NCBI GenBank assembly: GCA_965655095.1
Contig: OZ296649.1
Location: 65,286,001 to 65,350,000, forward strand
Source of the DNA: Haplodiscus bocki
Lineage: Eukaryota
Direction: 5' to 3'
DNA length: 64,000 nucleotides
Shown here: in pieces, positions 23,040 to 33,000 of the stretch
Layout of the letters: every line of letters starts with the position of its first letter
How positions within the stretch are numbered: position 1 is the first letter of the stretch
The notes under the pieces: model-generated
The model's input: only the letters and a program-made list of their open reading frames with translations
Databases searched by the model: none
What the model was told of the DNA's origin: nothing
Program-made: the position numbers and the translations under genes

Positions 23040-24053
23040 TCATCTCATGTTGTTTGCATTGTCACTTGCCGGCAAACTTGCGTTAGCGTGAAAAAGGCGT
23101 GGTGGCTGGTTTGTATCGTCTCCAGTCCAGGGAATTACATTGTACTTCAAATTCACAGGGATCTCAGTCGCTGGAGTGATCCGACAAATTCTTACCCTTT
23201 GAACATTTTGGGCAATGTTTTCTTCTGTCAAAGCAGTTTTGTAGAAGCCTGACACTCTCCATCCACCATTGTTATTAACATGGTTAGCAACACGCATGAC
23301 AGCTTCTCTCAAAAGTCCCCTGTCAATTGATGTGTATGCCGATCTAATGATAGCTTCCTCACAAAAAAGTTTGGTCAAAGACAAACTTTGCAGAATATCC
23401 CCTGTTAGAGGATCATCGTCTTCGTTCAATATGTCCTGACTAAGTACCCTTGCTGACATTACCCATGCCGACAAAGTCAATTTTTGCAAACATGCACAAA
23501 TGCTTTCGTTTTTTCTATTTCTTCTGTCGCACAAAAAACCTGAACAAGTCGGAAACACAGGAATTACGTGCAGAAACGAAAGGGGTCGATGTGGGAGACA
23601 GAAGTGGAACATTGCACCCGTCGAGGGATTCAAATCGATAGGAACAGGCTCCATTGGCAGGTCGTCGGTAACTACCTCTAACGGAAGAGACACGTTGAAA
23701 ATTGGATTGGTTCGATCGTTACCAAGGCAGGAGTTGGAAAATATTGCTTCTTTCACGTCAACGATGGCACCAATAGTTAATTTTCGGTCAGCAAAAAGGA
23801 GTGAACTTTTCTGCGCAGAATCGGCTATTACTGCAAAACATTCTCGCGTTTCCATTTCGCCGATGATGATTAGGCGATCATAGTTTGTGTCAGGGGTCAA
23901 TCTTTTAGCTTTTACAGTTTGCCGTCGAAATAACTGTAGGGGACGATCAAATTTTTTAAAAACCAAAACAACACCTCGGATATATGTCTTCTCACTGTTT
24001 CGCAAGAAATTGGGAGCAGTTATTTGGGCCGTATTTACACGGGTGGTCATCAT
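23040..24053 (-). CDS. Accessory protein of element A2 (~337 aa), possible OB-fold/RPA-like
   Basis: Homolog of 7550-8560. Start placed at MMTTRVN by alignment with B and C, although the ORF is open to 24107. Confidence 0.8.
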   Translation of the reverse strand: MMTTRVNTAQITAPNFLRNSEKTYIRGVVLVFKKFDRPLQLFRRQTVKAKRLTPDTNYDRLIIIGEMETRECFAVIADSAQKSSLLFADRKLTIGAIVDVKEAIFSNSCLGNDRTNPIFNVSLPLEVVTDDLPMEPVPIDLNPSTGAMFHFCLPHRPLSFLHVIPVFPTCSGFLCDRRNRKNESICACLQKLTLSAWVMSARVLSQDILNEDDDPLTGDILQSLSLTKLFCEEAIIRSAYTSIDRGLLREAVMRVANHVNNNGGWRVSGFYKTALTEENIAQNVQRVRICRITPATEIPVNLKYNVIPWTGDDTNQPPRLFHANASLPASDNANNMR

Positions 24054-25393
24054 CTGGAACATTCCCTTCAAGCACCATCTTACACAACGCGGTTTACACA
24101 ATGACATTTTTTTAACCTATTCAGGACGCAGAACTAAGTGTTCTCAATAAACAAAACAAAGAAGATGAATTTGAACATGATCAAATACAACTTCATTAAT
24201 TTTCCACGTTTCAGTGAGAATTGTTAGTATACATTAAAAGGTTCGATATTAAAGTTGTTGCTCTTTTTTTACATTGAAAAAATTTACATGATTATTTACA
24301 TGATGCCACGCAAAAGGTGGAACTGACTTTTTTCAAATTTTTTTTCACGTTTCAACGGTCTGAAAGTTCAGTCAATAGAAAATGAGGGGTATGTTTGGTC
24401 TTAATTACATTCTTCAACGAACTTTCATTGAACAATCATGGCTGCAAATGCAAATGAAAAGAGTATACGTATTGAAAACGTGTTAATTCAGGATAAAATT
24501 GAAGTTCTTTGTGGTAACCAGTCTAACATGAAACTAAAATCTTTTGAAAAATGATTAATTCATTGCACAGACAATGATAGCAACTTGAAAGAAATGAAAC
24601 AATCGACAGTTTTTTGACTTAAACAAATGAAGTTGAATCGAAGCTACATAAAACGATATTTCAGGGGAAGTAATCTGCGGAATGTTCCATTTCAATGAGA
24701 ATTTCAATTAGGTACAAAAAATTAACAGAAATAAAAACAACGCCGAACAAAAAGCAACATTCAAGGGTTTAGCAGTATCCATGGGTTTAGCAGTATTCAC
24801 TTTATGGAGAAACGTATGTGAAAGAAACAAGCATACATAAAAAACAACGCAACATACCAAATTCAAAGGTTTACCGGATTAAAATGACATTTACTCAAAA
24901 AGTCATTGAATTTTGTTGAGAAGTTACAAAAAAATAAAAACTCAGATCACTTTACAGTCGATTCCAATTGTATGCACAGTAAAACAACCAATAACTCCTA
25001 TTTGTTTGCTGCATGATAAAATAGGAATATCTGTTTAATCGAATATGCCGAAGGAAGCCTTCAAAACCTTGGTCGTCCAGGTTTCCCACAACACTTTTAT
25101 TTCTTTTTCAGTTGGAAAATGATGTGATTGCTTTCAGAACCCCAGTCGACATTGAGCAGGTGTACGTATTCTGCGACGCTCTGTTAAAAGAGTGGGCATT
25201 AAACAATTACAATTGATCACAATTTTGTCGACCACATTATGAAAACTTTTCAGTCAACTTTGATATTTTAAAAGAAACTAAGAAGAAAGAAAACAAACAC
25301 GCCAATACCAAAAAATCTAACACAGGGTATCATGTTAGAGACTGCGTTCATTAATCAACAACTACTTCACGAAAGCTTTGTTACTTGTACTTA

Positions 25394-26161
25394 TCACAGG
25401 TCAGAAAAATGTGGTACAGTACCCAAAACTCTTTTTCTTAGAATGTACATCAAGTTGGAAACACCGTGACGAGATAAATGCACGCCATCCATCAAATTCC
25501 TCTCGGAGCTCATTTTGCTAGCCACCGACAAAAAATTGTATTGACCCGAAGAGTTTCTGAGTCCATCGTTCACCCTTTTGATATCTAGGACGCAACGTTT
25601 GGATCTCATGACAAGAGCCAGACAGTATACTGTGTAACACATTGGAGTGGCCAGACGCACGAGGTACATAATGTCTCGAACCACCTAAGATTTAACAAAA
25701 TTTTTTGAGGTAAACATGCACTTCGTTTGATTTTGTCGAACTTTCTTCAAATTTTGGAGGAAAAAAAATGAAAATACTTTCAGTTTCATTTGACGCTCAG
25801 CTTTTTAATAGGAAAATTTTTTTCGCAGGGAAATATCACCTGCTTATCAATTCATGCACAATGCACCCTGATGTTGCAATGAGTATTTTCCTGAAAATGT
25901 TTTCAGTCGCGACCAACTTGACATTCTGTTGAACAAATCACTCACTTGCTCAGGAGTTTTTCCCCGCTGTCTGCCCCTGCATGTAAGTGCATTTGCCCCG
26001 ATGAACAGAATGATTGATTCATAAAACGTTGTTAGGTTTCTTAAACAGTCAATTACCAGACGGCAAGATGCCGTGGCACCAGGGAAAAACTTCACTTCCA
26101 GGTTTGCGTGCTTCCTGACAAGTCTTCTGCCAAGAGAATCAGCTATGATAAGATGTCTCAT
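25394..26161 (-). CDS. SGNH/GDSL hydrolase, two exons (26161-25946, 25684-25394), 168 aa
   Basis: Block I IIADS, block II FPGA, block III FIGAN, block V DGVHL. A phase-0 GTGAGT...TTAG intron (25945-25685) joins the two ORF-track pieces in frame. Confidence 0.85.
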
Positions 26162-27073
26162 TTAGATCTGCAGAACGTTGAAAAACAAAGACAAGGGGGG
26201 ACGACAAAAAAAACGACAATTAATGATTCCAACATCATAGGTACACTATGATGGAACACAGAAGATAAGTGTCATTAGCATTAAATTGGAGTATAAAACG
26301 CAAGAGCTGAAAATATCATTGTTCCAAGAGCTCTAAATATATATTTGCTCATTTGAGTGTGTCTGCTTTTTGGTATAGAAGTTTCACTAAGGTTTCACTA
26401 AATGTTTCACCTTGCGGTCGAAACAGGAAGAAGTACAAGGCTTTTATCATACACTATCTGGGAGTATATCGTTATTAGGACAAACAAAAAGGAAAGTATT
26501 CGATAAGCATACGTTAAAAATGCAGTGCAAAAAGTTAAATTTTCTAATCAATCAACTTTACTAACAGTGGGCAATCAGGAACGTTCTTTGTTAAGGGGCA
26601 GTTTAAGAACACCTAATGTACCAATTTCAATGTTCCAAAAAGCATGTTGAAAGTGCAGCAAACTTTTTTCCGCAAATGAATATTGTCGAGAAAGTTTTGT
26701 ATTAAACTTACTTAAACGTTGAACTCTATGGAAAACAGTACGTTGGCTAAATATTCTGTAGACTACTCTCAAAGACGTCACAAATCGAACAATTGAATTG
26801 TTGTAAATAGCAAAAGAAAAAACATTTAGAAATAACAAATTCAGCGTTCTTTAAACACAGCAAAAAGCAAAAACACACATACTAAAAACATTATACGTGC
26901 ACCTGTGGAAACCACCGGGGACATTGAAGATATACGTTGGACGTTTAAAAATTCATTTCATGTGTTGAATAAATAATGAACTTCAGGTTTTTTTGTGAGA
27001 AAGCATTCACTTCGTCACATTTCACAGTCGGCGAAGCATTTGATAAGTAGTTTGTCAGTGTTTCTCTAAGGTA

Positions 27074-30000
27074 CTAAAGTAATATGGGCTGATTACAGCA
27101 AATTACCAATTTCAAGACATCTTCTTTATGAGGCCAATTTATGATTAAGTTTTCTGCTGTTGACAATGCATTCGGGAGGGAGATGTTCTTCTTCCTCAAG
27201 TTAAGCACTTTAGTAACTGCCTCAAGCCACCGTTTTTCAAAAAACCTTATTCTCTCCGTTGAGCTGATTGCAAGAAAACCAGTCACGTAAGCACACAAAA
27301 CCCAAGGTCTTCGAGAGGGATCCTGTGTGAATGATGCTCCCAAGCCAACATTATGTTCACGAATTCGTCGATTGAGGCACATTGTTGAACCAATATATAA
27401 TAAGTTGTTTTGCGGGACGCTCTGAATAAGGTAACAGTAGCCAACATTCTCCTGCGGTATACTGATGGTTGATGGAAAAGGGTTTGCAGCACCATGGAAG
27501 ATCGTTGGGTCACGGGAAGAACACTTCTGGAGGATTTCGGAAGTCAGCTCCGACCACTGTGACTTTTTACACAGCAAACTCAGAATGGCTCCTTCGTTCG
27601 ACTGCTTCGATCCCACGAAAGTGATGTCCGCCAGTGATCGAACACGACTCATTACTACGTATAGTTGCTCTGGCAACCAAAGTGAAAACTCTTGGGCTCC
27701 AACAATCTGCGTGGCAACTGTTGGGAGTGTTTCGCCCATAGTTTTATGAATAGTTGACGCCACGTACAATTTGAGGGGGAATTGGATTCTGCGACAAATA
27801 GTTCTGTGGTTCAGACAAATGTTCACTCCAATTTCTTTTGCAAGGACAATACATCTCCAGGTACTTCGAATTACAGAGAGTGGTGGAATGGATCGGCAAC
27901 CAGCAGGTGCCAAGGCAACACTTACTGTTCCGTTGTCAGCCAATGAGTCCAGGGAAACCAAAACACAGAGTTGTCCTTGGAAAGCCATCACATTTGGCTT
28001 GTTAACGGTGAGTCGGAGAATTGCTCCAGGGAACAGAAACAACGATTGTGGCTCCAAACATTTCTTGTTTAAAAACTTTGTCGCCGCTCCAGAAGCTTCT
28101 ATCCAGTTGTCCGTACTTGACACACACATTTCATCTGTCGATGAACTTTCATGGAACTGGGAACCACTGTCTTTCACTTGACAAATTTTCTTTAATGTCG
28201 CATATCTTTCTGCTTTGCGAGTAGCAAAAATTCTAATTGTATCATTTGGTACGTCATCCCAACATTCTACGAAATTGCAATTTCGCTCAATCAAATTCCA
28301 AATTTGCTTTCCGATGGGAGGTGTTCTGGGAAAAGTTGACATGAGTGACAAAACTTTCTGACCTGCTTCGTTTTGCATACGCACAAAGTGCTGGAGGAAA
28401 CTAAAATGAAAAGTCGTTAAAGGGAATGAAGAACTGATCAGACAACTTCCTTTTGGTGGAGGAAGTTGAAAAAAATCTCCTGTTGCAATGATTAGTTTCC
28501 CAGCAAATGGCACGTAGTTCGAGCAAATGATTTGGAAAACGTGGTCCGTGGCAGCCCAAAGTTCACTTGAGATCATCGAAATTTCTTCAACGAACAATAC
28601 ATCCAAATTCTGGAGAAACCGACTTCTGTCCGGTGATTTCTGCAAGCTGGACAAAGCTACTTGAGACAAAGAATTAACAGTTCCATTTTTTTCCACCGGG
28701 AAAGGAATGAGAGCGTTCAGATGCTTCCCACCTAAAGCAGCTGACCTTTCGGCCGCCAGCGAAGTTACCATGCAATTGAGTCCTTGACATATTGCATAAC
28801 TCAGACCTCTCAGCATGATGAACGTTTTTCCCGTTCCTGGTGCCCCTGCAAGGATTTGATGTCTGACGAAATTTTGTGTTCCTCCTCTGTACAAGTCCAC
28901 CATTTCAACTAAATGTTTCAAAATTTCACTCTGTTCACAGTACGACTTCACTGTCTGGCCAGGATGTCTACCAAAGTCCGGTTTCCAAACAACGGGTGCA
29001 GTTAGGGAAGCGTCTATCATACTTTCTTCGCTTGGAAGTCCCATTTGACATGTGTGTAAGAACTCTACCAATCTACTCTTGTTCATTGTCAAATCTACAG
29101 CAACATTTTCTTCGGAGTCGGCAGAGATAGTGCGATCCAAAACAGCTGGTACCCCGGATGCAAAATACAAATTGTTTTCTAACAGTGCCTCTCCTAGAGC
29201 ACTATTTGCCATCAACAAATACTTGTCAATGAGTTTAGAGGATCCTGGCACAAAGCGGAGCTGTTGCAGTAGGTACCGGCGAGCTAGTTGAAGGACGACT
29301 GCTACAGTAATGTTGTTACGCTCGACCAGTTTGGCAGCTGCAAAAGCTTCCCTGAAAGAGGAAACAGAGAGAATGTCCAGTTCGGTGTCAAACGAACCAA
29401 AAGTTAGCACAAAGTGCAACAAGAACTTTGTTGGACTACTGGGCAGATTATTTGTGAAAAACACTATGGCTTTTTGATCTGAGAAACAAAGATTGTACGC
29501 TACTAGTCTGGGGCAACTGTTGGTTCCTTGCAATTTGGGGACAATGTGTTTGCGGCACTCCTCTTTCAAAAATTCGTCCCTCGGCTTATCACTTCTTGTT
29601 GCACAGAAATCAAGAAAATCAAAGATAGCGGGTGGGCGTATCTTGATGACGTATCCGAGGCAATCAACCCAAAAGTCATTACACGATGCACGGCTCAACA
29701 TAATCTCATGACTACTTTTCCCTTTCGAAATGTTGTTTTTGAGTCTAACGAACCAACTGAAATAACTTTTCAAACTGCTGACAAAGAGAAGCTCCGGTGG
29801 TCTCAACCCAAAAATGGTCACTTTGTCAGGCGTAATCGAACTCGCTTCTACATCTGCCAACAACAATTCTTGATTTTTTGTTAATTGTCGATGTTTTGGA
29901 AGCTTCAGGACGTTTTTCCGAATTCGAACAGCTTCGGCAAAAACAGCACTGAAGTTCATGGTGCTCGCAGTATATTTTTCTATCACTATTCCTGATCTGA

Positions 30001-33000
30001 ATTCTTTGGGAACTGTTGGTACATGAATGAAATCTACGTTTGTGCAAACGTACGGCAACTGCAAAGCCCACCACAAGCATTCAGTAATGCTAACAATTCT
30101 TCCTGTTACAGATTTGAGTTTATCATCATCCTGACGTTTTTTGGTTACGCTGGATTGGACGCCGGCTATTTTTTCATTCACAATAGGTTCCGTTTGCACT
30201 TTCACTTCATTCTCACCAGCAGAGGCTAATATCTTTGTGAACGCCCAACCTTCCACACCGGCAGCATACTTTGCAACGTATCGTGAACACATTTCGTCGT
30301 CACAAATTTGGACGTTCGTACTGCTTTCGGTGAAAGCAAACAAAGCTGCATTTGTTGGTGACAAGTGTTCATTGTAAGCAGCAGGGTAGTGATGTTTTCC
30401 AGCTCTCAGTTCTTCTTCAACTTTGTCTGTTGAAGAGTTAGGGTCAATATAGGACAATTTCATGCTTCTCAGCAAGTCCCAAGTTTCTTTGGAGTAATTA
30501 GGTTGTATTTCCTTGTAAGAGAACCCAACTGATGCAGGATATTTAGGTACCCTACACACTGGCTTTCCCGACCAATCAGTTTTCTTTTTACATCTATTTT
30601 TTCCCTTGCCACAATCGTGCCGTTGGTATTTTTGGAAAAGTTCTCCCAACCGGAACCGTTCTCTATCCGATAATGCTGGACAACATTTGCTCATGGCGCC
30701 CATGAATGTTTCTTTCGAACAGCAGACTCGGGATTGAACTTCCGGACCAAACTTGTTTTCTCCGGTACACACTAGTGCATGGATGTGTGGAAAGGCCGAA
30801 GTTTCATCTTGCCACTCGTATCTCATCCATAAGTGAGAGATTGGTCCCAAAGGTTGCTCGGCCGAACACTTCAACCATTGCATTACATACAGTGAGGCGC
30901 GATGCCAACATCTAAACATAGGCATTAATTCACTTTGTATTACAGATAATCTCAGTTCTTTCGATGTAATATCGGGCGGGTAAAGTTTGTCAATAGCCTG
31001 GAAAATTTTCCGCAAGCCGGGGTGAGTAGATTGCCCACATGTGTATGTAACAAAATAAGTGGGGTTTTTATCTCTAATGAGTGCTGCTACTTCGCAGACA
31101 TTTTTCCGGGATTCTGCACAATCGAACTTGAACGTTTCATCGGAAAAGTACTGATAATTAGTAGTCGCACTGCCCAATTCTTGCCAGCCTCTGTTCAACA
31201 CAATCCGAATATCAGTTTTACTCAATTGTAAGTTTAAAAGACAGTCAAAAACGAACTGAAGATATGATGCGTGACTGGAGGTTAAAAGCGACCCATCAGT
31301 GATGCGAGTTCGCAGCATGTTCTCTAAACCTGCAAACCCTACTTGTTTGTTGTATTTTTCGGATTGGAACAGGGATATTGGAATTGCTCCTTCAATGCTG
31401 CCATCGTAATTTTGGGACCAGAAAATAGAAGGAAAAAGCAGTCCTTCCGGTTGAAGCAAAGGCGTTGATGATGTCGAGGAAGCTGTAATGTTTTCCATGA
31501 AACGTTTCTCCTTAACGGTTAGGGTAATGGGATGACTTTTTTTCCTGTACAGTAAGTTGCATCGAGAATTCAACAGTATGTGGAGAGGAATATTATAATT
31601 TTCCTCACTGACAGCCTCTTGTACAGCAACAATGGCCCTTTCACCCGAACACATGTTCAATTTATTCATCACCAATTCACTTTCGCTGATCGAGTTTGCG
31701 TTCATGTTGTTGCACAAAAAAGAAGCTAACGACGAACTTGAGTTTTGACTTGAACAGTTGATGGATAAATCTGGTTCAACAACGCTTCTGTCCTGCTCAC
31801 ATAAACTAGCTATGTTGGAATTCAGTTCACACAGTGCACCATTGATTGCAGCTTCAGCGTTTGGGTTTTCAGGCGCTATTTTTCGTTTTGCTATAGGTCC
31901 AACTAAAACTCGTAAGTTCGGATGTTTCATTCCCTCGTCGAAGTGTTTCTTACACACACAACTGTTGCACTTTGAGTAGGCACATCTGAGGAATGATGAC
32001 CTTCCACATCGACAGAAGTAGTTGCTACGTCGGAAGTCCCTTGTTAAAGGAACATCATGTTTGTCACAAATGAAAACTCCTTGACCGGTTAAATTACTGA
32101 GATAGTGCCATTTTACAGTCGACACTTTCTTAGAGTTAGTTCCTCGGTAGATTATAAAACTCCAGTAGCCTCGTAGAATTTTTTCTATTAAGGTCTCAGG
32201 TGACTCCAACAAAGGTTTAGCAAACTTGTTAGCTTTCAGTGTACGCCAAAAATTGCAGAAGCGACCACCATGCCGAAGCAAAATTACAGCATCTGTACCC
32301 CGAGAACCACAACCACATCCCACAAGTTCAAATTGGACATCAAACACGATGATATTGAGAGGTGAGTTGACCTTGTTCCTCAAATTGTTTACATCAGTTG
32401 TTGTAGCAATCACGTGTTTCGTATCCATGGTTACGTCGCGCACAATTTTCTCAGTCAATTCTATTCTTTGGCTCAAATGCAGATGGCATAAGTCAGCACA
32501 TAATGCGTGCAACACCACGCCACCCGCCTGAAAAAAGTTTGAAATCATGTTTGGGTTGTCATTGTTAGTCGCCGCGTTGTTCAATATACTGTCAATGTCA
32601 GCTTGAGCTTGTGAAATACGCTGCAACTTGCTTTCTTTTCCAAACCCAGCAACTGTATGACGCAACAGTGACAACAAATTTGTTGCCAAAACGTGGTTAA
32701 CGCCGGATACCATGGATGAACATAAAATTGGAGAAATGCAGCATGCTGCTTGAAGAAACCAGAGTGTATCTCCAGTATCATTGATCAGAGGAGGAGGTGA
32801 GCAACCATGTTCATTGTTTGGTTGAGCCAAAGCGTAGCACTGAAGAAATTTCACATTACTCAAAAGTTCTTGTTCGTTTTTGTCCATTACTTTCGTCAAT
32901 CGAATGCAGGTGTCAAGATCTACGCCGACATACTGCGGCATTTTTTCCTTTTTCGGCCGATATTGAGAGAGATCAGTGGCGACATCTTCAATCAATTTAC

